DNA of 45,468 bases from Octopus sinensis (taxonomy: Eukaryota). The stretch covers positions 1-45,468 of the forward strand of contig NW_021834461.1 in assembly GCF_006345805.1 (NCBI RefSeq), written 5' to 3'. The position numbers were made by a program, and so were the translations under genes. The notes beneath the pieces were generated by a model. It had not been told where the DNA came from and ran no database searches. It saw nothing but the letters and a program-made list of their open reading frames with translations. The first letter of the stretch is position 1. Every line of letters begins with the position of its first letter. Of this stretch, positions 10,933-23,759 are shown in pieces.

Positions 10933-11530
10933 ATATACAGGGTGATTGGGCTAAATTTGGCAGTTTGCATATAAGGAAAAGAAAACAATATTCCATCCAA
11001 AGATAAAGATATTCTAAAGAAAATCAAAGTATATTATGGCTAGGAAGTAACATTTTACCCAAATTAGCTACCTGCAGCTTCTGTCACAGCCTCTAGATAA
11101 CTCTGGAACCTCGCACATGCATTCCTTATTGTGTCCTTGGAAAGATCTTTGAAAACCTCTTTGATCTTGGCCACAAGCTCGGGCCAGGTGTTGCAGACAG
11201 AGTGGTAGATGCCTTTCTCAATGACACCTCATACATAATAATCCTTAGGGGCCGGTGAAGCCATACAAATTCTCCAACAGCCACTTCTGACTTTTTCCAG
11301 AGTCAAGGCCACACACATGGCCTTTTAGCAGCAGTCCTCTACAGCCAGAGTTTGACTACAGTCTCAGCAGCTTCACATAGCTGTCTAAATTAAGCCTAAT
11401 CCCCTGTTCACCAGTTGTTGGATGAAATTCCACATGTGGACATGTCATAATGCCTACTATGTCCTTCCTGCTCACTATGGCTTTGTAGATTTTGCTGCAG
11501 CTGTCCATGTCATATCTTATAACCTATGAA
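10933..11530 (-). mobile_element. Decayed Tc1/mariner (maT/DD37D-like) remnant
   Basis: Starts tacagggtg; the minus strand gives broken YVKLL-ETVVKLW, SQKWLLEN, DYYV.GVIEK and RNACARFQSYLEAV, resembling the transposase at 15772-16302. Confidence 0.6.
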
Positions 11531-12299
11531 GTGTTCACAGAGCATTGAACAGGAGTTAGGATGTTGGCATTTTGACACCCAGCATCAATCATCATCAGTC
11601 CTCCATGTCAACTAACCTTTTTTCACCTCTTTAATCTTTATGCTCACCAACACTGTCCACCAATACATCAAGCTAACAAAAAAACTCCACTTTTCACACA
11701 CTTTACCTCAACAAACCAAACCACATCTCTTCACTTCCTCCCATTTCCTTTTTCTCATGCCCTATGCTTATGCTTATCTCTCACTCCCCAATCCTGTCAT
11801 CTCCCACTCCCTCTATATACCCAGTTTTCAACAGTCACTGCATTCCCCATCCCCACACTCCTTACATTCCTACTCATGCACCTTTGGCAATACCTTACCA
11901 TTTATATTCTGAACCCCATACCTTGACGGTATGCCATAGCACTTCACCACCATCTATCTCTCTCTTGCTCTATTCTACCAGCCTATCTATATTCTGATTT
12001 CACTTCCTTCTCAGTATGCCCTGGCACTTCTCCACCATCTCTCCTCTGCTCTCGCTCTCTCTCTCCCTCTCACTGGTTAACCATGTATCTCCTCTACAGC
12101 CACACACCTGTTTCTGTCCTCATTCTTGATCACTTCCCACCGCTGACCAAGTAACCATGTATCTCTTTCGCAAGTCACCTGTTTCTATCTCTCTTTCACA
12201 CTCTAACCTTTTATAATCTGGCACAAGATCACCCCCCTCCAATGCTCTCTCCCCTCTCAAAAGATCTTTGTCTTGCAAGTTACTTGATGCCCATACCAA

Positions 12300-12570
12300 T
12301 GCTGATACCATGTAAAAAGCATCCAGTATATATTGTAAAGTGGTTGGCATTTGGAAGGGCATCCAGCTGTAAAAATCATGCCAGAACTGACCTCGCCTAT
12401 GCTGGTGCCATGTCCACTCTCTGGGATGGTTGGTGTTAGGAAGGGCATCTAGTCATATAAACCATGCAAAAACAGAGACTGAAGCTTGGTGCAGTCTTCC
12501 GTCCAGCCAGTTTCTCTCAAACCATCCAACACATGCCAGCATGGAAAGGATGATGAAGATGATGATGATA
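12300..12570 (+). mobile_element. RTE-tail SINE remnants
   Basis: Two copies of gtggttgg..ttaggaagggcatc and a (GAT)n-like end. Confidence 0.6.
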
Positions 12571-13011
12571 ATATTCCTTTAAAAAATGAGACATAAAAAT
12601 AATGAAAGTTAGCCCAAACCCTCTGTATATATATCTTTACCTCTAACGATATATTGAAAAATAATTTGGAGATGATGTTGAAACTATTAGCAGCTTCAAC
12701 ATTTTCATAAGCTAGAATTACCCTGGAAATGGCTTTTTTTGTCTGTATGAAAACACTAAGAACATTCTCTCTTACTCTCTATTCCTAAATTACCACCATT
12801 ATAAAAAGTAAAAATAAAAAAAAACACTCCATGAATTTCATTCAGACTGTAGGTTGTAATTTCAGGGAGATTGGCTGCTATTTCTAGCATATTTAGCTAC
12901 CATTTAGAGGTTTCCCCTGTTAGCTCGTACATACATACATACTTAAGATCAAAGGGTGTGATTTGAGGAAGATTTGACTGCTATTTCTAGCAGTTCAAGT
13001 GACTGTATAGA

Positions 13012-13296
13012 GTAAGAGTTCTCAACCATTTTTTACCTGTGGACACATTTGATTACTATTTTATTCTGGTGGACCCCCATAGCCATTCAAAGTTTTGTTT
13101 TTCACACATTGACTTGTGTCGGTTGAACTACGTAAAATGTTAGAGAAAGAAACCTAACTGTTTCTGCAATACTTACCAATACATATATCTAAAGCAAAAT
13201 TCTTTCAGGGGCCTTCAAAATACTGTTGTAGATCCCTAATTTACTATTTTGCTGCATGGCCTCTGGTTTTATATGGACCCTGGTTGAGAACCACTG
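13012..13296. mobile_element. hAT-like MITE
   Basis: gttctcaacc near 13018-13027 and ggttgagaaccactg at 13282-13296 resemble CAGTGGTTCTCAACC terminal repeats. Confidence 0.55.
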
Positions 13297-13439
13297 TCTT
13301 TATAGCATTTGTAGGTGGTGTGTGCTGTGACATTGCTTTTTTAGTTGCCTTGATTTAGCTTACATTCATGGGATGCATTTTTATGAAATGTCAGGTGTCA
13401 GGCATGTGCTTTATATCTTGTATTGTGTCTGTTATACAG

Positions 13440-13622
13440 GAGCGCTGAGATCCTTTTCTTTCTGGTCAGTCGGTATCTTAAGATACATGATGGCATCAAA
13501 TTCCCTCTCATAGAGTTCATGCAGAGTCTGGTTAATGCTCGACGGAACATTGCACTGTTTCAGCACCATGATGGTATTACGGGGACTTCCAAGGACGTCG
13601 TAGTTGACGACTATATTGACAG
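13440..13622 (+). CDS. MAN2A1: Golgi alpha-mannosidase II exon (183 bp, phase 2-2)
   Basis: tatacag acceptor; SAEILFF...LVNARRNIALFQHHDGITGTSKDVVVDDYIDR includes the Zn-binding QHHDGITGT motif; splices in frame to 8862 (CG|G); donor GTTTGT. Confidence 0.93.
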
Positions 13623-13704
13623 GTTTGTATCATTGTCTGCTTGTTTATTCTGTGCATATATGTATGTGTCTGTATATGTAATATATACTAGGTATATTTA
13701 GCCA

Positions 13705-15230
13705 CAGGAGAAGTAGAAAGAAAGAAGTCTGCTGGTGTTCTGCAGCATGAGGACCAGGGACTTGAGGTGTTTGGGATTGCAAGACAGTGTATCAGAGAGA
13801 ATTGCGATGCTGTAGGAGAGAAGAGTGCATTTGCAGTTAGTTATTCTGCAAAGAAAGAGACTTGGAGATTCCACTATGTGAGGCTGTTAAATGTTGAGAA
13901 CACATGTGAGAAGAGGAGTCTGTCCAATGTGGATCCAACAGAGGAACCAGCTATCCAAATAGACAGTAGCTTGACTGATAAAGCAATTGAAGATATGAAA
14001 GCAAAGAAAGCCCCTAGCCCTTCAGAAATCACTGCTGATATGGCCTAGTTATCTGTAGAGTTAATCAGGTTATCAACAATGGAGTCATACCCAATGGCTG
14101 GTGTAGCAGTAACTGCTACAATGGTAAAGGTGACACCTTAGATAGAAACAATTACAGAGGTATCAAATTGGTGGACCAGATGATGAAAGTTACAGGGATG
14201 GTCATAGTTCAACTAATTAGGTTCAACTAATAAGAGAGTTAGCTTCGATGAGATGCAGTTTGGTTTTGTACCTGGTAGAAGCACTACTCATGCTATCTTC
14301 CTGGTAGGAGAAACATGTAGCCAAGAATAAACCTGTATTTGACTTTTGTTGACATATAGAAAACCTTTGTCAGGGTCCCCTGCTCCCTTATCTACTGGTC
14401 AATGCAAAAGCTAGGGATAGATGAGTGTACAATACATGTACAGAATGATGTCAGTAAGGTGAAGGTTGATAATGAGTATAGCAATGAATTTAGTAGGAGT
14501 TCACCAAGGATCAGTTCTCATCCCCCTTTTGTTTATCATAATCCACCAAGCAATAACAGAGGGATTTAAGATCCCTTGGGAGCTCCTCTATGCTGATGAT
14601 CTTGTTTTTATAACTGAATTACTACCCAAACTAGAGAGGAAATTTCAGGTATGGAAGCAAAGTCTGGAATCTAAAGGCCTTAGACAAATCACAAGTCTCT
14701 TCAGAGAAATGGCTTTGCTTGGATATGTAAGAAGGGTGTTGGTAAAAACTCCATATGTTGTACTCAGTGCAAGCTTTGGACACATAAGAGCTGTATTGGT
14801 GTCACAGGAAGGCTAACAATGAAAGTAGTCTTTGTGTGTGGCAAATGTGCAGGTACAATAAATACTAAGAATGTAAAAGCAGATTGTATTATGCCTGTGT
14901 ACATACAGCTATGTTACCTGGCAGTGAAACATGGGCTGTGACTGCAGAGGACATGAGAAGGGTTGAAAGGATTGAAGCCAGCATGCTCTGCTGGATGGAT
15001 AATGTCAGTAAAGGATTTAAGAGAAAAACTAGGTTTCAGGGGCATCAGTTGTAGTGTGAAAGAGGGAAGACTGCACTGATATGATCATGTTATGCATATG
15101 GAGGTGGATAGCTGCATAAAGAAGTGATGATTTCTAATCGTGGAAGGAACATATGGAAGGGGCAGACTCAGGAAGATGTGGGGTGAAGTGGTGACGGATC
15201 TTCAGATGGCAAGAGACTGAGACCAATATT
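13705..15230 (+). mobile_element. Decayed RTE-clade LINE fragment
   Basis: FGIARQCIREN, KAPSPS, QGSVLIPLLFII and PWELLYADD, with many stops and frameshifts. Confidence 0.8.
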
Positions 15231-15522
15231 CTGCAAGAACTTGTTTATCATGTTCTTGCAGAATATTGGAAATGAATGACACTGCTTCTGTGATAGTGAC
15301 AATCATTTACAGTTATCACACAACACAAAACAAAAGACCCACGCACGTGTGCACACACACATACACACATATATGTACACATACGATGGGCTACTTTCAG
15401 CTTCTGTGCATCAAATCTCCTCACAAGATTTTGATCAATCTAAGGCTGTCACATAGCAGGACTGAACCTGCAACCAGTGGTCAGAAAGTAAGCCTCTTTT
15501 ACGCAACCATGCCTGTGCATCC

Positions 15523-15575
<53 letters not shown>

Positions 15576-15591
15576 TACACACACACACACA

Positions 15592-16608
15592 CAGTGCAGA
15601 TGGTATTTGAGGACAGATTTATGCTTTTTAAAAACACTTATATAATAACAGAAAGAAACTGTATTTTTAGAAAAATAACATAAACATAAATCTAAATTAT
15701 TATTTTAATAATTTCATTCAATAAAACCACCATAAGCATCAATAACTGCCTCTACATGGGGTCGAAATCATTTACAATCTCAGATTAAATTGTCCTTGTT
15801 CATATTGAACGACTCGAACTATGGTGGCTTTCAAAGAATCTTTAGTGCTATGGGGGTGTTCATTGACATTTTTCTCGACAATGCTCCATACAAAGTAATC
15901 CAGTGGATTGAGATCTTTAGAGATATAAGGCCTTCCATTGTAAACACTGTTGATCCAAAGCTTAACAACTTTATCCAGAACCTCAATATATACAGCAGTA
16001 TTCATCCTAAGGCCTTGTAGAAAAAAGTGAGGAGGCATCACATGTCCTTCATTGTTAACAGCATCCAAAAACATGACACTTGCAGGAAGTTTTGTATGCA
16101 TTACTCTTGGAACCTCAGAAGTGTCTGTACATAGCCACCTGTTATCTGTTAGTTTTCTGGTCCTGGTCAAAGTTTTCTCATCTGAGAAAAACCAAATCAT
16201 ACCATCTTCTGATGGATATTTAAGCTTGTTCAAAAATCTTTTGATTCTGATTAAGCAGTTTTCTTTTGATTTTTCTGACATTAATTGACCTCTCCTCATC
16301 ATGTAAGATTTGTATCAGATACCTTCACGCACAACATTTCTGATTATTTTTCTGACACAGAAAATTTTTTTTGCAATTGACCTCATTGATTTTCCTGGAT
16401 TGTTTTCAATGTTTTGCTTAACTTCTTGAATAAATTCAGGTGTCCTGATAGAATCAGAATGTGTGGAATGTTTTTTTATGTTTTGATACAGGTAATACGC
16501 TTCCTCTAACTCCTACCAAATCTTGTGGACAAAAGATCTTGCAACTTTCAGAAAACAAGAAATTTCTAAATCACCATGTTTAGCCTCCAAAGCCACCATC
16601 AAAGCATG
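15592..16608 (-). mobile_element. maT/DD37D-like Tc1/mariner transposase, internally deleted
   Basis: WFFSDEK, HVMPPHFF, DLNPLDYFVW in ORF 15772-16302; the region around the second Asp (QQD..PAH) is missing; N-terminus HALMVALEAKHGDLEI lies at about 16560-16608. Confidence 0.8.
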
Positions 16609-17100
16609 CCATGATTGTTTTTGATTGATATTATTGTAGACAATCCATTTTCCATCACCTGTGATGATTTGTTTCAAAAACAGGTCGATTTCATTGTGTT
16701 TTAAATACATATCGCAAATGTTGATTCATTGTGTTGAGTGAATCTCTTTCAATTTATGTGGAACCCAAATGTCAAGCTTCTTAACAAGTCTGAGACATTT
16801 TAAATGGTTTTCAATTGTTATGTATGATACATTTAACCTCTCTGCAATCTCTCACACAGTTATATAGCAATTAAATTCAATTATAGCTTTGATACGGTCA
16901 TCATCAACTTCTGTAGGTTGACCAAAACATTGGTTACTTTTGAGTGAAAAATCTCCAGAATGGAATTTTTTAAACCATTTCTGACATGTGCATTCTGTTA
17001 AGCAATCAACACCATAAACTTCACATATCTCTTTGTGAACCTCAGCAGCTTTCTTGCCTTTACCAAAATAATAAGAAAGCAAAATATGGCAAAAATGTTC
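16609..17100 (-). mobile_element. 5' half of a Mos1-type mariner transposase
   Basis: HTH region (ICEVYG..CQKWFKKFHSGDFSL), WVPHKL and IITGDGKWIVYNN; truncated after the first catalytic Asp. Confidence 0.8.
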
Positions 17101-17102
17101 AT

Positions 17103-18445
17103 TATCATCATCATTCAACATCCACTCTCCATGCTGGCATCGTTTAGACCGTTTGACTGGAACTGATGAGCTGGAGAGCTGCACCAAGTTCCAGTCTGAT
17201 TTGGCTTGGTTTCTACTGTTGGATGCCCTTCCCAACATGAGCCACTCCAGGAGTGTAATGGATACTTTTACGTGCAACCATGACTACAATTCATGGGTGC
17301 CGTTTGCATGGCACCAGTAACGAAAACTCACAGGTGCCATTTACATGGCACTGCCAATGAGAACGATTCCTGGATACCAATTTTCAGGACTTAATCAATG
17401 ACCATGACTATGATACACAGATGCCATGAATGACCATGACCTCAATGCATTGGGTGTTATTTACATGGCACTAGCATGGCCACAACTATGATTTTATTTC
17501 GCCTGACGAGTCCTCTTACACACAGCATATTGCCAGAGGTCTCAGTCACTTGTCATCATCTCCATGAAGCCCAACATTTGAAGACCATGCTTCACCACCT
17601 CATTCCATGTCTTCCTGGTCTACCTCTTCCACAGGTTCCCTTCACAGTTAGAGATTGGCACTTCTTTACACAGTTGTCCTCATCCAGATGCATCATATGA
17701 CCATATAAATGCAGTTGTCTCCCTTGCACATCACATCTGATGCCTCTTATGCCCAGCTTTTCTCTCAAGATGCTTACACTCTGTCATACATGCACACTGA
17801 CTTTGCACATCCAGCAAAGCATACTCTGCTTCATTTCTTTCAAGATTACACATGTCCTTGGTAGTCATAGCCTGTGTTTTACTGCCATGTAGCACAACTG
17901 TTCAAACACAGACATCATACAGTCTGCCTTTCACTCTGAGGGAGAGGCCCTTTGGTACCAACAGAGATAGGAACACTCTGAACTTTGCCCATCCTATTGT
18001 TATTCTTACAGCTATACTCTCGGAGCATCCACCTCCACTTACCTGCCTGGCATTTGATGGCATCTATTTTCTGTGCATTTGTGGTGTTTATTGTACCCGT
18101 ACACCTTACACACACAAAAACTATTTTCCAAGTTAACTTCCTCTGATATTGCTGCACCTCTTATGTATCTATAGCTCACACTGGGTACATCTTATTGAGT
18201 TTCTACCTATGCCTTTTCTACAGATTGAGCAGGGCTATCTACCTTAGGGGATTTGTGATTTGTCTGCTTTCTGGTGAGAATGTAGTCAATCTGGCTTTAT
18301 AGGTTATCAAGTGACTTGCTGGCTTTCTGATGTTGCAGATCATTAGGTCATTTGTGTGACAGAATTTCAGCAGCTTTATATACTTCTCATTTTGGGAACC
18401 AATTCCATGTCCCTCATGCACCCCATGGAGGATATCTGGGTGCCG
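17103..18445 (-). mobile_element. Decayed, internally deleted RTE LINE with 3' tail
   Basis: ICNIRKPASHLITY, FVCVRCTG and MGKVQSVPIS fragments; RTE tail and (cat)n at about 17103. Confidence 0.7.
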
Positions 18446-18539
18446 CTTATGTGTGTGTATATATATATATATATTGGTAAAAACGGTAAGATAACAAAAG
18501 AAAGAAAGAGACCTCAATATTATGTAAATAGAGGAAATT

Positions 18540-18751
18540 TATCTGTAAAATAATATGTGACAATTATTCAATAGCCAAGATAAAACTCTGAGTTTCGGAT
18601 GCAGAGGTGGAAATCCACACCACCATCTCTTCGGTTATCTGGAGATGGCCAGATAACCGAAGAGATGGTGGTGTGGATTTCCACCTCGGCATCCGAAACT
18701 CAGAGTTTTATCTTGGCTACCGAATAATTGTCACATATTATTTTACAGATA
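18540..18751. repeat. 212-bp palindrome (103-bp arms, 6-nt loop) carrying HHR-like motifs with a CCGAAGA core
   Basis: 18540-18642 versus 18649-18751 with about 3 mismatches. The + arm reads AGAUAA-CCGAAGA-GAUG..CAUCC-GAAA-CUC A GAG-UU|UUAUCU (18651-18713); mirror on - at 18578-18640. Confidence 0.85.
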
Positions 18752-18763
18752 TATATATATACA

Positions 18764-19544
18764 CACACACACACACACGCGTGTGCGCAAACATGGCTAC
18801 ATGGTTAAGAATCTTGCTTCCTAAACATGTGGTCTTATCTAGGGTTCAGTCCCACTGTGCAGCACCTTGAGCAAGTATCTCTTATTATAGCTAAACCCTT
18901 GTGAATGGATTTGATATATGGAAACTGAAAGTAGCCTGCTGTATATATGTATGTATTTGTGTATGTGACATCATGTGATGGTTGTGAACCAACGTCTATA
19001 AAACATATGCCTGGCCATGGGTAAACATCATGCTAGAAAACAAGTGAGTGTTGATAACAGGAAAGGTATCGAGCCATAGAAAATCTGCCCCAACAAATTC
19101 TGTCTAACCAATGCAAGCATGGAAAAGTGGACATTAAATGACAATGAAGATGCTAATGATGGGATAAATATATATATATTATCATCGTGTCATTGTCATT
19201 TAATGTCCACTTTCCATGCTGGCATGGGTTGGATGGTTTGACTGGAACTGGTAAGCTGGAGAGCTGTACCAGGCTCCAGTTTGGTTTTGACTTGGCTTCT
19301 ATGCCCTTCCTAACATCCAACCACTCCAAGCAGGATAATGTTTACTCATGGCCAGGCATGAAAAATATCACACATATATACAGCAGGCTTCTATCAGTTT
19401 CCATACATCAAATCCACTCACAAGGGTTTGGCTATAGCAGGGGACACTTGCTCAAGGTGCTACTCAGTGAGACTGAACACTAGACAAGACCACATGTTTG
19501 GGAAGCAAGCCTCTTAAACATATAGCCATGTTTGTTTGTGTGTG

Positions 19545-19575
<31 letters not shown>

Positions 19576-20333
19576 GCGTGTGCGCAAACATGGCTACATG
19601 GTTAAGAATCTTGCTTCCTAAACGTGTGGTCTTATCTAGGGTTCAGTCCCACTGTGCAGCACCTTGAGCAAGTATCTCTTATTATAGCTAAACCCTTGTG
19701 AATGGATTTGATATATGGAAACTGAAAGTAGCCTGCTGTATATATGTATGTATTTGTGTATGTGACATCATGTGATGGTTGTGAACCAACGTCTATAAAA
19801 CATATGCCTGGCCATGGGTAAACATCATGCTAGAAAACAAGTGAGTGTTGATAACAGGAAAGGTATCGAGCCATAGAAAATCTGCCCCAACAAATTCTGT
19901 CTAACCAATGCAAGCATGGAAAAGTGGACATTAAATGACAATGAAGATGCTAATGATGGGATAAATATATATATATTATCATCGTGTCATTGTCATTTAA
20001 TGTCCACGTTCCATGCTGGCATGGGTTGGATGGTTTGACTGGAACTGGTAAGCTGGAGAGCTGTACCAGGCTCCAGTTTGGTTTTGGCTTGGCTTCTATG
20101 CCCTTCCTAACATCCAACCATTCCAAGCAGGATAATGTTAACTCATGGCCTGGCATGAAAAATGTCACACATATATACAGCAGGCTTCTATCAGTTTCCA
20201 TACATCAAATCCACTCACAAGGGTTTGGCTATAGCAGGGGACACTTGCTCAAGGTGCTACTCAGTGAGACTGAACACTAGACAAGACCACATGTTTGGGA
20301 AGCAAGCCTCTTAAACATATAGCCATGTTTGTT

Positions 20334-20357
<24 letters not shown>
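18764..20357. repeat. Tandem duplication, 797-bp unit x2
   Basis: ORFs 19187-19483 and 19984-20280 are offset by exactly 797; only about 8 substitutions seen by eye; the unit holds SINE remnants in both orientations and is bounded by (TA)/(CA). Confidence 0.92.
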
Positions 20358-20375
<18 letters not shown>

Positions 20376-20377
<2 letters not shown>

Positions 20378-22485
20378 GTAGATAAAGCAATTAAGAGTAT
20401 GAAGACAGTGAAAGCCCTTGCCCATCAGAAACCACTGCAGAGATGCTCAAAATATCTGGCAGTGTCTGCTATAGCCTGGTCGTCCGTATTATTAACCAGG
20501 TGATACACAAAGGAGTCATACCCAATGACTGGTGTAGCAGCATAATAGTCAACTACTACAAAGGAAAAGGTGACGCTTTAGATACAAATAATTACAGAGG
20601 TATCAAGTTGTTAGATCAGGTAATGAAGGTCACGGAGAGGGTCATAGCCCAACTAATTAGGGAGAGAGTCAGTATAGATGAGATGCAGTTTGGTTTCGTG
20701 CCAGGGAAAAGCACCACTGATGCTATATTTCTAGTAAGACAGCTGCAGGAGAAATACCTAGCCAAAGATAAGCCTCTGTACCTGGCTTTCGTTGACATGG
20801 AGAAAGCCTTTGACAGGGTCTCCCGATCCCTTATCTGGTGGTCAATGAGGAAACTAGGGATAGATGAATGGTTAGTGAGAGCTATGCGAGCCATGTATAG
20901 GGATGCTGTCAGTAAGGTGAGGATTGGCATTGAGTACAATGAAGAATTCCAGGTAGAGGTAGGGGCCCACCAAGGTTCAGTCCTCAGCCCCCTCCTATTT
21001 ATCATAGTCCTCCAGGCAATAACAGAGGAATTCAAGACAGGCTGCCCATGGGAGCTCCTCTATGCTGATGACCTTGCTCTAATTGCTGTGTCATTATCAG
21101 AACTAGAGAAGTTTCAGGTATAGAAGCAAGGATTAGAATCGAAGGGCTTTAGAGTCAACCTAGCTAAAGCAAAAGTCCTAATAAGTAAGAAGGCAGACAA
21201 ACCACAAATCCCTTCAGGTAGATAGCCCTGCTCGATCTGTAGAAAAGGTGTAGGTAGAAACTCTATAAGATGTACCCAGTGTAAGCTTTGGATACATAAT
21301 GGGTGCAGCAATATCAAAGGAAGGCTAACTAGGAAGATAATTTTTGTATATGGCAGATGCTCAGGAGCAATAAACACTGAAAATGTGCAGGGAACAACTG
21401 CCAGATTCCAGGGAGAAAAACTAGTAGTAGTTGATAGCTTCCATTACCTAGGTGACCAAGTCAGTAACGGGAGTAGGTGCTCTGAAAGTGTAGCTGTTAG
21501 AATAAGAACAGCCTGGGCTAAGTTCAGAGAGCTCCTACCTCTGCTGGTGACAAAGGGCTTCTCGCTCAGAGTAAAAGATAGACTGTATGACGCATGTGTA
21601 CGAACAGCCATGCTACATGGCAGTGAAACATGGGCTGTGACTGCTGAGGATATGCGTAAGCTCGCAAGGAATGAAGCCAGTATGATCCAATGGATGTGTA
21701 ATGTCAGTGTGCATACTCGACAGAATGTAAGTACCTTGAGAGAAAAGTTGGACCTAAGAAGCATTAGATGTAGTGTGCAAGAGAGACGACTGCGTTGGTA
21801 TGGTCATGTGGTGTGAAAGGATGAGGACAGCTGTGTGAAAAAGTGTCACACCCTAGCGGTTGAGAGAGACTGTGGAAGAGGCAGACCCAGGAAGACCTCG
21901 AACATTAGGCCTCAGTGAGGCAATGACTAGTGACCGAGGCCTTTGGAAATATGCTGTGCTGGAGAAGACCCGGCAAGCCAAGTGAGACCATAACCCGTAG
22001 CCTATGCCAGTAGTGTAACCAGCCCACTTAGGCGTACCTTTCTTTCATTGGACACTAAACTCTGCTTGCGAAGACCTGTTGAGACAAGTGAAATCGAAAT
22101 CAAATTCAATGACGGCACCATCCAAGTGTGATCATTACCAGCATTGCCTTACCGGCATTTGTGCTGGTGGTACGTGAAAAACAACATTTGAGCGAGGGTG
22201 TTGCCTGTGCCTTTCGACTGGCTCCTGTGCAGGTGACACGTAAAAAGCACCATTTGAGTGTGGCTGTTGCCAGTACCACCTGACTGGCCTTTGTGTCGGT
22301 GGCATGTAAAAGCATCCACTACACTCTCGGAGTGGTTGGCCTTAGGAAGGGCATCCAGCTGTAGAAACTCTGCCAGATCAGATTGGAGCCTGGAGCAGCC
22401 ATCTGGCTCACCAGTTCCCAGTCAAACTGTCCAACCCATGCCAGCATGGAAAGCGGACATTAAACGATGATGATGATGATGATGA

Positions 22486-22489
<4 letters not shown>
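20376..22489 (+). mobile_element. 5'-truncated young RTE-clade LINE with (GAT)n tail
   Basis: ORF 20443-21123 (RT: NYRGIKLL, QFGF, DMEKAFD, QGSVLSP, LYADD) and 21385-21816 (FHYLG, LHGSETW, RLRWYGHV); same family as 3671-7700. Confidence 0.92.
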
Positions 22490-22546
<57 letters not shown>

Positions 22547-23669
22547 GGGGGACATTAATGGCAGAGTATTAGTACAGAAGCGAAAAATTATGTGACATGG
22601 AATTCAACTATAAGTGGCCTATACTCTGCATTGGAGTGTTAAAGGCAGGAAAAAATATACATCTCTTATGATAAAAGGCAGATTTTCTCTGCCTCCCAAA
22701 TAGTTTGTTTTTTATACAATTGTACAATATAGAATTTCTTCAATTGGAATTTACCTATGATTTTTCGAAGTAGATGTAAAGTTTTTTCAATTTCACCCCC
22801 AATGAAGCAAAAATTCGAGAAAACTCAATATTTTACGATTTCCCTCTCTCATTTCAAGTGCTTCACTCCTTCCATTACCACCACACTTTCTCCTACTTTC
22901 TCTTTGCAAGTGTGCAACAATTAAAGTGAAAGTATTTATATAACAGGGGTGAGCCATTAATACTGGTCATCCTTTTTGCTAGAGGAAGATCCGCTATGGT
23001 CTTATATGCTATATCACTGGTTTTCAATTCATATTAATCAAATTAATATTCAATTTTTCACCCTTATTATGTGTGTGTGTGTATTAGCAATTCGTATAAA
23101 ATTGCATCTATGACTTGAACTTGAATAAGTGGTTTCACATAAATGGGGATAAATTAAAAAGGTTTGTTGTTATTATTATTACTGTTTGACTATTGTAATC
23201 ACGTTTGTTGGTTCCTCGTCAGGGAAACGTTGTTGTGTTGCAGTTGTTAAAGAATTGTAAACCGTAACCCTCCCCCTTTCGGTATTGTTTAAAAATTGAA
23301 TTGTGTGCCTGTTTGGGGATATTGACAATATTTTCACCGTCTTTACGGAAGCATTTTTGTTAAAATGCCTTCGATAGAAGAAAGTTAAAAAATGAATTTC
23401 GCTGCAGCCGTACACTTCAATACAAGAGGGAGGACAAGATCCAATTGATCGAAATTGCGAGAGACAGGCCTACAATTCCAGTCTGTTATATATTTTGAGT
23501 ATTGTTATCACTAGCGATATCAAGATATAACTTTGTATTTTCTATTTTATGTGTAGATGTATATATATATATGTACATGTAATATGTACACATATATATA
23601 TACACATATATACATGCATAATATATCTACCCATACACACATACGCACACACACACACACACATACATA

Positions 23670-23757
23670 GGGGTAGGTGTGGCTGTGTGGTAACAAACTA
23701 CGTTCCAAACACATGGTCCTGGGTTCAGTCCCACTGTGTGGTGACTTGGCATGTGTA
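23670..23757 (+). mobile_element. tRNA-derived SINE head (truncated)
   Basis: gtggctgtgtggtaa...gggttcagtcccactg, as at 29784. Confidence 0.6.
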
Positions 23758-23759
23758 GG

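Noticed and set aside
23195-23235. CTGACGAGG on the minus strand
   Set aside because: No GAAA after a plausible stem II.
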